From NCBI RefSeq assembly GCF_009914755.1, contig NC_060947.1: a stretch of 64,000 nucleotides of DNA; one strand, 5' to 3'. Below the pieces are notes generated by a model. The model was given only the letters and a program-made list of their open reading frames with translations, made no database searches and was not told the DNA's origin. Positions 1 to 15,054 of this stretch are shown piece by piece. The translations under genes were made by a program, and so were the position numbers. Each line of letters opens with the position of its first letter. The first letter of the stretch is position 1. This stretch comes from the human T2T-CHM13v2.0 reference genome, Homo sapiens.

Positions 1-39
1 GACTTTCTTATACATTGATTTGTTCTTTGGAGTTTAAGT

Positions 40-545
40 TGGTACAGCCTTTTTAAAAGAAAATTTGATAAATTCTAACATTGAAATGTGCAGACATGTT
101 GACTCAAGATTTTCATTTCTAGAAAATTTATGCTACACAAAAGCTTCTGTTGTACAAACATATCTGTTGTAGCATAATGTGTATAAAAACTGGAATAAGT
201 GAAATTTCTGTTAATGAGAGAATGGTTACATAGATTAAGACAATGGAATACTATGGGGTCATAGAATGAGAGAAACCTATATGTATTTACATGGAAAAGC
301 ATCCATGATATTGACCAATGAAAAGTACAGAAGAGCCTATAAAATATTATTCAATGTTTATAAGCCAAAACTAATTTATATATGTCTGAATATATACATT
401 TTTGATATGCATATGAAAATTCTGAAGTTATTCCAATCTATCAATAATAGTTACCTCTGGGGAGTAAGATTAATGGCATGGTGGATCCTCACTTCTGTAA
501 CACTGAAATTTCTTCACAACCTAATAGCTCTTTTGTAATTTTTAA
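40..545 (+). mobile_element. Degraded ancient L1 (L1ME-like) 3' fragment
   Basis: Weak similarity to L1M 3' motifs (tacagccttt..., caatggaatactat, tagttacctctgggg). Confidence 0.5.
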
Positions 546-1994
546 ACATGTATATCTGGAAGCAAAGAAAGAAAAAAGGAAGGAAGGAGGACTAACATTT
601 GCTTAGAATCCTCACTAAGATCAAAAAGAACTACATTTGAAAAATAGCCAGGAATCATAAGGCCTTTGTTTTATTTGATGTCTTCTAGACTTGAGCTTAT
701 AGGGAAAGCTCTCTAGGCCATTGAGCACAAAGGTTCTTGTAAAGAGCTCAATCCCTCCTAACAGAAAACTCGTGTGGTTTTATGTTGTCATGCTAGTGAT
801 TAGGGCATCCCACACCCCTTGGGGAGAGAAGAAAGTGTGACAATTGCTTTAGCCCTTGAAAGAAAAATGGATTTAAATGCAAAAGGAAAATTTTCTCATT
901 TTTTCTTATGTTAATTATTTGAATATATACATATACATGTACATATACATGTATGTATGTATCAGCAGGAACTATCTTCCCTCAGCCACACATGAGAATG
1001 TATCCCCAGTTGTCAGAGGTTGCTGGCCAGATCCTTGCTATTCCCAGTGTCTAAAGTTAGGCAGATAAGGGGCCGTGCAAAGTTATACTGAGAATCTGAA
1101 CAGATGAATGATCCAAACACTGAAAGAAGAGAAAAGGCCAGGGTTCTGGTGGAGGGTTGAAGAGGCAGCCTCTTTTTGCCTCCAACTCCAGACTATGTGA
1201 CCATCTCATTGTTAGACCTATGTTTCTCATAATATGTCTTGAGGGAAAAAAGTCTAATCTCATCTTAAAGACGAGTATCCTTCTTGGTAAGACTATAATA
1301 GTGTATTCAGTCAGCACCCTGACCTTTCTTGCCTTCACCTAGCTGAAATGTGTAGTTGTATAATTAACCAGAAACCAATTAATTTATGCAACTCTTTACC
1401 ATCACTTTCATTTTCATAATGAAGACCATTCCTACCAATTCTGACCCTCACAACGGCAATAATCAATATTAAAATTACACGGCTTAGCCTGAACAAAGGA
1501 TGAGAAAAATAATGAAATAAATAAAAGTTAACAAACACCAAAAAGCACAACTTATGTTGTTACAGCCATATTTCTTTATATAACAAGAATCATTTTCAGA
1601 ATAGCAGAGACTACAGTTTGACAACCCCTTGTGTGAGCTATTGGCCTGAAAAACACAGCCTTGTAATTATTTAAGGGAAAATGGGCATGGAATTTAGACA
1701 GAAGGAATGTCCAGATAAGTCCATATTTGGAGAATAAAAACAAAATACTAGATTACACTGTGTAGGTATGATAGACCCGTACTTACCTGGGAAAGGTAAT
1801 AAAAAGTTGGCACAAATAGGATGCCAACAGCGTAGTGTATCTCAACAATTCTGGAGGCAGGAAATCTTCACAAGGTAATATATTTGATTTGAGCTTTTTC
1901 ATCAGCTGTACTAAGTGAAGAATCATTACTTGTGCCCAATCATTTAGGAGTCTGGAGTCTTCAAAGCTCAAGGAGTAGGGGTTGGAGGCCCTTT

Positions 1995-2142
1995 AAATTC
2001 TTGCTAATGTGTGATCCCCAGACTAGTAATATAAGCATCACCTGGGAGGTCATTAGAAATGCAGAATCACAGCCCCCATTCCAGACATAAATCAGAATCT
2101 GCGTGTTAACAAGGTGCCCAGGTGATCTGAGATGTGCTGCTC
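1995..2142. mobile_element. MER5A-like hAT-Charlie MITE
   Basis: agcatcacctgggag...ttagaaatgcagaatc...ttaacaag...caggtgat resembles MER5A. Confidence 0.7.
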
Positions 2143-3289
2143 TGGATGTTAGCTGGGAGTTGCACTTGCCTGATTTCAAGCACCAGAGCCATGTCTCCAG
2201 TAGCTAAATCCCAGCATCTACCCCTATTCCTAGTCTGACAGCCAAACTCTTAGGAGATAGAAGTGCACAATGGTATTAGCTGATGGTCTGATCAACCAAC
2301 ATTTATTAAACTTCTACTGTGTACCCAGCCAAGGGTTAGGCCCTTAGAGAGACAAAAGATGAAGCCCCCTATTTTCAAGAACTGAATCTTCTTGCTGGGG
2401 GAAGAGAAGAGAGGCATATCCATATGCCAATCCACTTCCTCACCTTCTCTCCCTTTCTTTCTCCTATTCTAGCCACAACAGAACTGATCCCTGTTCTCCA
2501 AACGTGCCCTGTGCTTTTCTGCCTTCGTACTCAATATTCTGTCCACCTGCAACTTTTCCTGTCCACCCCATCTTCAACTACATACACCTCAAAATCCAGC
2601 TCCTGCCTACCCTAAATTACTCTGCCTACCATCCCCCCAGAGTGCATTTCTATATGCACCTTCACCATTATCCGGTTAACACTTGGCTTCAAGCTAGCTG
2701 AAAAGATTGACGTTTTTTGAAGCTAAAAAGAAACTTCAGGTGGAATTTCCCATTCTCCCAGCTAAACATAATAACCCTCTTAATGCTTGTACTTAGGGTG
2801 ATCCTAGAACTGTCTCTTCTTCCAAAATGTTTCAGTTCATTGCCAAAGCACTGTTGAGGTTAAAGATTGTTAAAATGTCTCACCTAGCTTAAAATCAAAT
2901 TTTAGGACTTCATCAAAATTTGAAATGTTTTATTCAGGGATCAAAATATTGGTCCCCAAACACTGGGCTTCTCCCAAAATATTTCTCACTCCCCTACATG
3001 GCTTACACAAAGAAACAAACACACGAACACACACAAACTCAGAGGCCCAAAGCAAGTCACCTGCATTGTCAAACACTGGGTGTAATTCTCAGTGAATACT
3101 CTAGATGGTAGCATTGTGCATTTTATTCTCCTATTCTTTTCATTGATTTTTCTAATTCATCATTTTATATATCAGGAAAGACATGTGTGGAGGGGGAGAA
3201 AGGTCAAATATTAATTTAATATTAATATGAATCTATAATTAGTTGAAAATTAATAACAATATTAAAAACTTTTCCAACATTTTGTTGCC

Positions 3290-4830
3290 TCTTAGGCCAA
3301 TTTCCTGACTCCCTTTTCCCTATTGCTCAAATTCTTGGTTGACACCATTGACTGACTCCACTATCTCATATCGCACTCACTTTCCAACCCTTTGCCATCT
3401 TCCCTACCCAACCCTTCTAAAATTATTATTTCATTAACCTCCCCAGTGATTTCCTACTAGCTAAACCCAACTGCCTCTTCTTAGGGCTCATCCTAATTCA
3501 TTTCTCTGAAACATTTGCGAGGTAATTAACTTTCTCCTTTTTTTCCTCGCAATTTTCCCAACTTCTTTATTTTGAAATGTTTCAAACCTACAAAAAATTG
3601 AAAGAATACCACAAAGAGCAGCCACATACTTTCACTTAGATTGACTATTTAACCTGTTACCATACTTCCTCCATCCTTCTTTCATTCTCCCTTGCTCCCT
3701 CTCCCTCCCTTTCCAACTTCCCCTCTCTCTTTCCAGATATCATGGCACTCTAGATACTTCAGCATACGTTTCCTAAGTTGCAGATATTATTATACTTGAA
3801 CCTTAAGTTCCTCAACATGCATCTCGGGAATAAGTACATCCTCCTACGACACCTCCTTCTTGAAATTCTTTACTTTCCTTTCCTACCATTGATTCTTCTT
3901 CTACCTCTGACAACACTTTTCTAGAGGCCTAAGGTAGAGAGGGTGGAGCAGGGCAATGAGTCTGGCCCTGGTTTAGCCAAAAATCAACTCTGTGATTTGA
4001 AAGAAAAAAAAATTTGCTTAATTATAAAAATAACACATGTCCGTTGTAGAAAACAGGGGAAATACAAAGTTTAAAGAACATAAAAACCATCTAAACCTAC
4101 TATCTAAAGATGATTACTCGAAAAACATTTTTTTAGTCTTTCCCAAAGCATAATCTATTTTATACAGTTGAGCTGGTATGATAAATACAATTTTCTATCC
4201 TGTTTTTTCACTTAACATTGAAAATAAGCATTAAAAACTTTCCATAAAACATTTTTATTGGCTGAATATTATTCTATTATTTTGTTCAATGTAATCTTGA
4301 AGAAAAGATGAAACTTCCATTTTAAAAATGAGCAAAAGGCTTAAAGAGCAATTCATAAATGAATACAAATGGCCAAAAGTTTATGAAAAAAGTATTTAAC
4401 TAGTAATAAAAGATAATTTCAAGCTAAAATGACACCATTTTTATCTATCAAACTGACAAAAAATGTTTTTAAAAAAGAAATAATAACCATGGTTGGAAAA
4501 AATGAGAGGAAACAGACAAATACTACTGATTAGAATACAAATTAGTATTTTTTTTTGGATAAAATTTGCAGTGCATAATTTTGAAAACCTTAAAAATATA
4601 CATACACTTTAGCAAATATGTTTGTAGGAATTCATTCTAACAATATAATTGGGCCATTGCACCACAATACATGCACAAAGATGTTCATAACTGTGATTTA
4701 TTACAGATTGTTTCCAATCTATTGCTAAATAAAAATAATATGAAATTAACTAAGTAGATTATCGCACAACCATACAACATAATACTAAGCAGCCACTAAG
4801 CATATTGTTGAATAATAAAATTACAAGAAA
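3290..4830. mobile_element. Mixed ancient L2 / L1MC / L1ME fragments
   Basis: Degenerate LINE motifs, e.g. ttttgaaatgtttcaaacctacaaaaaattgaaagaat (L1MC-type 3' end) and aaaatgagcaaaaggcttaaagag. Confidence 0.45.
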
Positions 4831-4836
4831 ACTATG

Positions 4837-5255
<419 letters not shown>

Positions 5256-5334
5256 TTATTAGCATGAAATATATTAACAATAAATTGATGATTGAATAAA
5301 ACCATTTATAGAAAACATGCATTGTATGATGCTA

Positions 5335-6670
5335 TTTTAATGGCTTTAATAATATAATTTACACACCATAAAGTTCATCCATTTAAAGTGAACAATTCCA
5401 TGGTTATTAGTATATTTACGGAGCTGTGCAACCATCACCATGATCTAATTTTAAAACATTTTCATCATCGCAAAGAAAGTCCTCTCCCATCCTCCCATCC
5501 CCATCTTCAGCCCTAGACTACCACTAGACTACTTTTCATCTGTATGGATTTGCCATTGTAGAAATTTCATATACATGAGATCATACCATATGCAGTCTTG
5601 TGATTTCTTTCATTTAACAGTATTTTCAAGTTTCATCCATGTAGTATGTATCCGTAATTTAATTTTTTATGAATGAATGATATTCCATTGTGTGGATATA
5701 ACACATTTTATTTACCCATTCATCAGTTGATGGACATTTTGGCTTCTTTTCATTTATCAGCCATTATGGATAATGCTGCGAGTTTTTGTGTGAACATGTT
5801 TTACTTTTTTGATAACTAGGAGTGGAATTGCTAGGTCATATGTTTATACTAGGTTTAACTTTTGGAGAAACTGTCAAACTGTTTTCCACAGAGACTGCAC
5901 CATTTTACATACATACCAGCAATGTATGAGGGTCACAATTTCTCCACATTCTCACCAGCACTTGTTGTTATCTATCATTTATTATTGCCATTCTAGTATG
6001 TATGAAGTGGTATCACTTTATGATTTTGATTTTCATTTTCTTAATGACTAATGATATTGAGCATCTTTTCACATGCTATTGGCCATTTGTATATCTTCTT
6101 TGGAGAAAAACGTCTATTCAAACCTTTGCCTGTTTTTGTTTTTAAAAATTGAGTTGTCTTTTTATTACTGAGTTCTTTACATGTTCTGGATACCAGTTCC
6201 AAGTCTTATATATGACTTTACAAATATTTTCTCCCAGTCTGGGAGCTATCTTTTCACCTTTTCAATATCATTTAAAAGACAAAAATTGTAACTTTAATGA
6301 AATTCAGTTATCTTTTTTTTTTTAATGGCTGCTGTTATTCGTATCATATCTAAGAAAATGCTGCTTAACCCAAGGTCACAAAAAATTTACTCCTATGTCT
6401 CCTTGTAAGAGTTCTATACTTTTACATCTTACATGTAGGTCTATGATCCCTTTTGAGTTAATTTTTGTGTATGGTGTACTATGGGGTTTCAAATTTACTC
6501 TTTTGTATATGGGTATCCATTGTCTCAGCACTATCTGTTGAAAATGCTATTCTGTGTTCAGTGAATTGTCATGGTCCCTTTGTAAAAAATCAATTGATCA
6601 TAAATATTAAAGCATATTTCAGCACTTTCAATTTTATTTCATTGATCTATATCTCTATACTATGCCAGCA
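5335..6670 (-). mobile_element. L1MB-type 3' fragment
   Basis: Reverse-complement L1 3' UTR and ORF2 3' motifs (ggaattgctaggtcata, ggtatcactttatgattttg). Confidence 0.8.
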
Positions 6671-7094
6671 TCACATCTTGTTATCTTTAAGCTATATTAA
6701 TGAAGAGAAAAAGACTGAAAATAAATGGATTAAATCATCAAAAATAAAATATTTTATTGCATGTACGTACCATATGTATTTAACTACTTTCCTCTTCGGG
6801 GGCATTTTAAGCTACTTACAGACTTTCACTCTGGTAAGTAACACTGTGATGAGCATCCTTCCACAAACCTGCTGTATTTCAAGTTACTTTCTTAAGATAG
6901 ATTCCAATCAATGCACCCATTCAGTCAAGAGTAAGAGTGTTTTTAAGATTCTTTAGATATATAGATGAGAGAGAGAAAATGAGAGAAAGAACAAGAGGAA
7001 AGAAGGAAAGAAACGTGTGTGTTTGTATGTATACATACATGTCAAAATTAATTTACATATAATCTGTACCAGTTTACACCCCCAACAAGATGTA

Positions 7095-7620
7095 TTACTT
7101 AGAGAAAGTCACCCATATTCTCTGTGTCTCAGATTTTTCATCTATCCAGTGAAAATTTGTTTACAAGAATGTTAGAAGCATCAAATAAAATCCTTGTTAC
7201 AGTGGAGCTATAACAAGTTTTTAAAGTTCTGTAGACATATAGGGTATTGTTATTTCCATTTATTTTGTCCAATTATGATCAATATGCATTTAGTGAGCAT
7301 CTACTTCCTGCAGAGAACTATGAGTGGCACAAAAATAAAGCAAAAATTAATTAAAAATTAATTCATTGACAAGATGGTAAGCTACTTGGAGACAGAAACC
7401 ATATCTCATAGAGGATATAAGAAAAGCATTATAGTACAAAAGAATATGATAGCTGTTACAACAGATGTTACAAACACAATCATTTGGATTCACAGAAGAT
7501 GAGGAGATTAATTTCAGCCAGGGAAATGAGAAAGACTTCCCAAAAGAGGTAGTATTTAGGGTAGGAGTGGAAATTTGATGGAGGTTGTCATGTTGGGTTG
7601 TCACGTTTCATTAAGAAGAA
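7095..7620. mobile_element. MIR and L2 fragments
   Basis: ctctgtgtctcagatttttcatct (MIR core); atttagtgagcatctact (L2 3' end). Confidence 0.5.
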
Positions 7621-8008
7621 CATTTCTGTAAAGAGCTAATTCTTATGTTTATTCTATTTTTTATTCCATTTCTGATTGGTTTTTCTTATTCTTATCTTTT
7701 CCCAAGGTTAAGATTTTATTTACCTAACTATAAAGTTAGGATTATCATGCCATACCTGGAGTGGTTAAAGATACCTCCTGATGATCAAATACTCAGAATA
7801 CAGAGACTTCGTTGTGCCTTCCCCAGCAAGTGGACCCTAGGTTTTTATGCAATTGAAAAGGCCCATTTTTATAGTTTGATCTCATCCACCATATAAGGAA
7901 CTGTCGAAATTATTGGCTCAGACTGATCAGATATGTTTTCATTTGTTGTGACCCTAGTCTTATTACTGTCATAATCAAAATATATCTGTTCTTCAATAAT
8001 ATTGACAT

Positions 8009-8933
8009 TGTCTTGGGAAATAATTATCTATGGGTCTCACACATTTCTGTATCGCTTGCAAGCAGAGACAATGATTATTTTCAAAGATTTTTGTATAGCA
8101 AAGAGCCATGAAAGATGAGATAGTGTCTCTCTCTAGGACAAAGGGCAAATTTGCTTATTGTTCAGTAAAATATAAGTTTCCCTCCCACTCTGCTCCTGTA
8201 GATAAGGTCCCCTAGCCAAACAATCTTCCGTATTGAGGGGATAAGACACACAGTTTTTGCTTATCCCTGAGTGATTGGTTTCAGTTTCCTGCTATCTTTC
8301 AGAATTATTGAAACAAGTCAATCACATCCCCCACGAGAACTGGGGGGCACCTTATCCTCTTGATACTACAAAGCTTACCTTCTAAAGCCTCTGGCTGTTA
8401 ACTCTATTCCCACATGTCATCCCATGTGGCCCTGCATGTCATGTGGTGTCCTTCTCCACTAGGCTGTGAGTATATATGACTAACGAACTGTGGTGGACCT
8501 TACCTGTCCAGTGTTGAGTGTTAAGTGTTTGGTCATCTTCGTAACCCTGGAGCAGGAATCCGCCTTTATCAATGGGTTAAACAGGAGGTGGTCAAGACAT
8601 CCAGAATAATAAAGATAATGTTTCCTTTTAGAGTAAATGTTGAGCATATTTATATGCAGCCAGTTTTAAAAGATTTGGTTCCCTACGTTCAGGATCCCTG
8701 GGCTGTGATGCCACTGTGTTCACAGCCTCTATCTAGCCCCCTCTGCATCACCCTGTGGGAGTTAGAGGGGAAGGGCAAGGGGTGCTGACATGAACACAAA
8801 GCTCCTGCTGTTTGCTGTGCAATGAGTAATGAAATCCTTTGCCTCTGACCCAGAAGTTTCATATTTTCTCCGAGCATCCATAAAACTGGCATGCAAGTAG
8901 AGTAAAATCTCAGACCCTTCATAGTTCTTGACA
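8009..8933 (+). mobile_element. MER68-like ERVL solo LTR, interrupted by a second LTR
   Basis: TG...CA ends; 3' end gtaaaatctcagacccttcatagttcttgaca resembles recalled MER68. Confidence 0.6.
8166..8599 (+). mobile_element. Nested ERVL-class solo LTR (MER54/MER74-like)
   Basis: Splits the outer LTR between ttcag (8161-8165) and tccag (8600-8604), a near-perfect 5-bp TSD; ends in CA. Confidence 0.55.
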
Positions 8934-9489
8934 AATTGTACAGCCTGATAAAATTACCTTGCAATTTTCTTGAGTGTCTCTTCTTTATTAATCAACCAAT
9001 GTGTAAGTGCATTTTGCAGTGATTCTGAGTGGTGTTTGGTCTGTTTCAGTTTAAGTTAAAGCCTTTGGTCAATCTGGTTCACTGATATTACAAGTGTTCT
9101 TTCTTATGGATTATTAAGACCCACAATATTGACATCCACTCGTTTAAAAATATCATTGCTACCACTGGGACACCAATGAATGAACGAATGGATGAATGAA
9201 TGAACAAGTCACTGAAATCATTGAATCGTTGACTGTTTCCTGTAGTAAAAGAGTCTTAATTAAATAAAGATGGAATTTTGGGGAATGTACACAGGAGTTC
9301 TTATTATTCAAATGTTCATTATCAAAGTCTACACAGTATGTTCCTGCAGAGAGCAAAAGTTTCCATGACATATAAAGTGTTTATTAATGAACTAGCCATA
9401 GTAAAATTACAGCCCATTTAAACATTCCTCTTTGACTAACACTAGTGTCTATCCCTTGCCATTGCAGCAATGATCTTTTCTTCCTGTAA

Positions 9490-9960
9490 ATATCCAACAT
9501 CGTGCAGTGAAAATTTGCAAAGTGAAACTGAAAATTTTGTAAAAGATGCAGAAGTATAAAGAAGATAAAAGATGTTGGAGAACTGCTCAAATAACTTACA
9601 AAGTCAATGACAAATGATCCCTCGGCAAAGTTAGATAAGTTAACAATTGAAGAAGAGAAAATGAACAAGGATGATGACAGCACTGACATTTCAAAAGAGG
9701 ACTATTTGAATAATAAAAGCTTAAGAAAGGTCCTTGGAAAAAATGATGCAGCTCTCAAACATTTTTGTAAAAATGACCCTCTAATAAAAGTCAAAAGTGA
9801 AGTGAAGGATATTGTTACCATGCTATCACATAAGTTTGCCAGAGAATTATACCCTTAAAAACAACAATTCATTCTTCGTTTTAAGAATTAGAAAATAGCT
9901 GAATTAGAACCTATATCAAATGTAAGATAAAATCTCTTTTCATAATTGTTTCACTTTTGA
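9490..9960 (+). mobile_element. Tigger/pogo-type transposase C-terminal relic
   Basis: ORF 9607-9858 (LDKLTIEEE...LRKVLGK...FCKNDP) resembles Tigger transposase C-termini; stops nearby. Confidence 0.5.
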
Positions 9961-10141
9961 ACTAAAATCTCAACCAAATCTTTTATTTTTTCACTGTTTA
10001 TTATGAAACACTCCCTGTTTCACATACATTCTCTTTAAGTGTCTTTTTTCAGTACTAGTTTGTCCTGCATAATGAGGACTCCCTGTGATTACTTTGCTAT
10101 ATCAGGCTTCCTTTAATCCTGGAGTATATATTCCACTAGCA

Positions 10142-10441
10142 CAGTAATTCCTAAGGGTGGTATTCATACCACTGATAGTACACTAAATGATTTTAAGTAA
10201 TTTGCAGATAGTCTTTTTTATTTTAATACTTATGCATTTATTTTAATATGTATTACCAAAAATATAATGTATTAATTAACCCAACTTCTCACAAACTATT
10301 ATGGCTTAAGACAAAGTTAAATTTTAAAAGGCTAATAGATTTAAAATAAAAAATAAAATGTTAATTATCTTTTTTATGCAAATGGTAGGCATATGTGGCA
10401 AAAGTTATAACTCATAAATGACTCCAGTTTAGGAAGCACTG
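10142..10441. mobile_element. hAT-Charlie-type non-autonomous DNA transposon
   Basis: TIRs cagtaattcctaa / ttaggaagcactg; perfect 8-bp TSD cactagca at 10134-10141 and 10442-10449. Confidence 0.8.
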
Positions 10442-10735
10442 CACTAGCATAAAGGTACCAGGCACAAATCTCAAGCACTTTCAAAAGATGACATTTGGTG
10501 GCCAAGAATGTGTTCAGCAGGACAACAAAGCCTCACATTAGTGATAGGACAGGCCCCTTCACATCATAATTGTGGAACAAGTCCCTACTATTCAGATACA
10601 CTTAAAATTCTCCAGGAACAATTAGTTTAAAATAATTAGGGACAAGTTTTGTCATCCCCCATCTCCTCCCTCTATGTGTCACTGCATCTTCCTCTACTTT
10701 CTGAACACCCTACCTGTCATCCATTTTTACCAATT

Positions 10736-11241
<506 letters not shown>

Positions 11242-11319
11242 TAATCATAGTAATGGCCTTCTATTTGTTGTCTCAATTCAAATATCTTTTTTAGTAAATA
11301 GTTTTTATTTTAATTGATG

Positions 11320-11770
11320 GAAGAAAGGGAAGCAGCATCTCAAACAGATATTCGTACACCCATGTTCATGTTCATGTTCATGGCAGTATTATTCACAATA
11401 CTCAAAAAGCGGAAACAATCCAAATGTTCACTGATAAATGAATGGACTAAAAAATGTGCTGTACACATACAGGGAAATGGTATTCAGCCTTTAAAAAGAC
11501 AGAAAGTCTGACACATGCTACAACATGAATGAACCTTGAAGACATTATGCTAAATGAAATGCAGTTGTCAGGGACTGAGGGAAGGCGAGAATGGGGAGTT
11601 ACTGTTTAATGGGTACAGTTTTATCTTGTGAAGATGAACAATTTCTGGAGATGGATTGCGGTGATGATCGCACAACAGAGTGAGTGTATAAAATGATTCT
11701 GAACTATACACCTAAAATGGTTAAAATTGTTATGTTACATATATTTTGCCACAGTGATGAATAAATAAGA
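11320..11770 (+). mobile_element. L1MB-type 3' fragment
   Basis: gcagtattattcacaata...atgaaccttgaagacattatgctaaatgaaat. Confidence 0.75.
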
Positions 11771-12349
11771 AGGAGAAAGAGAAGAAGAGGGAGAGTGAGG
11801 GAGGGAGAGGAGGAGAAGAAGGAGAAAAAAAGAAGAAAGTTGATTTACACTGGAGAACTCACAGGACCAGGACATACAGATACCAGAGTCCTCAGAAAAC
11901 TAGGGTGAGACATGGGGCTAATATAGGGTGATAAGTTGTTGAAAGTCCATATATAAAGTGGTTGAATGACCACCAGAGATTCCAGGCAATTCACCCACAA
12001 ACAAAGGTTTACTCTGTGGAGAAACTGAACCAAAACAGACCTAGGGTAAGGCAGGAATAGATGTGGAGTTGGAAACAGGTGGATAAAGTGAAAGTCTACA
12101 CACTAAATGTGGAACCCCTCAACTCCTGTCCCCTCTCCCCTGCTCCCAGAATGCAAGACACCAAACATCTGCTCCCAAGAAGATTAATTTTCCTCTTGAG
12201 AAATGGAATGGCCTATAGAATACAGCCTTCAGATTTTGGCATTTCGGAATCACTCAATAATAACATCAGCATACCAAAAGATTAAAGAAGGAAACGATAA
12301 AAGGAAACAGGGAGAAATAGAGATAATGCAAGTAAAAGACTTTTTATCT

Positions 12350-14345
<1,996 letters not shown>

Positions 14346-15054
14346 CACTCTCTCTCAATATACAAATGTGTGTGTATATTGGTGGGGGCAGAGAGAGAAA
14401 GAAAGATAATTTTTCAAAAAGAGTCTTTTTAAAAGCTATAATTAATATCTTCCGAGAGTTAAGAAATTATTGAATCCATAAAACAAGAGCAAGAGTTTAT
14501 GGAAAAGGGACAAAGAACAAGAACACACTTTTTTTCAGATAAAAACACGTTTTCTTTTTGTAATGCCACATCATCTATCTGCTCATGTGTGCAAATCTAT
14601 ATATTATATATTTTTGTGAAATAATACATGTTGAGTTTCGCTATAGAAGAGGTAGAAAACTAGCTTAGAAAACTAATTCTAGGCCTGCTTCTGTTATTTA
14701 TTACCTTTGTCATATTAGGCAAATGAATTATCACCTTTGGATCTTGTTCCCCCAACTGTAAAGTTGTACTCAATTATCTAATTCTATATGGTCTTTCTAA
14801 GGTCAATAAATCTATGAATAAATTAATCAGTAAATGATTTGTTTCTTTTAATTTTCATATGATTTTTCTCACTGAGAGTTGTAACAAGTTTGTGACAATA
14901 ACCTGCTACTTTCACTATAATTTAAACACAGCCAGAGGTTTGAGGATGTTTTTGGCCTTTGAAGTTTGTGAACTGGAAACCGTTACAGAGTGTTTTGAAT
15001 TCTCTACAACCTGCAATCCTACTCAACAGTATAGGCCACTTATAGTTTCACTTC

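Noticed and set aside
6465-6956. 163-aa ORF
   Set aside because: Antisense of decayed L1 plus AT-rich sequence; non-ATG start and no domain
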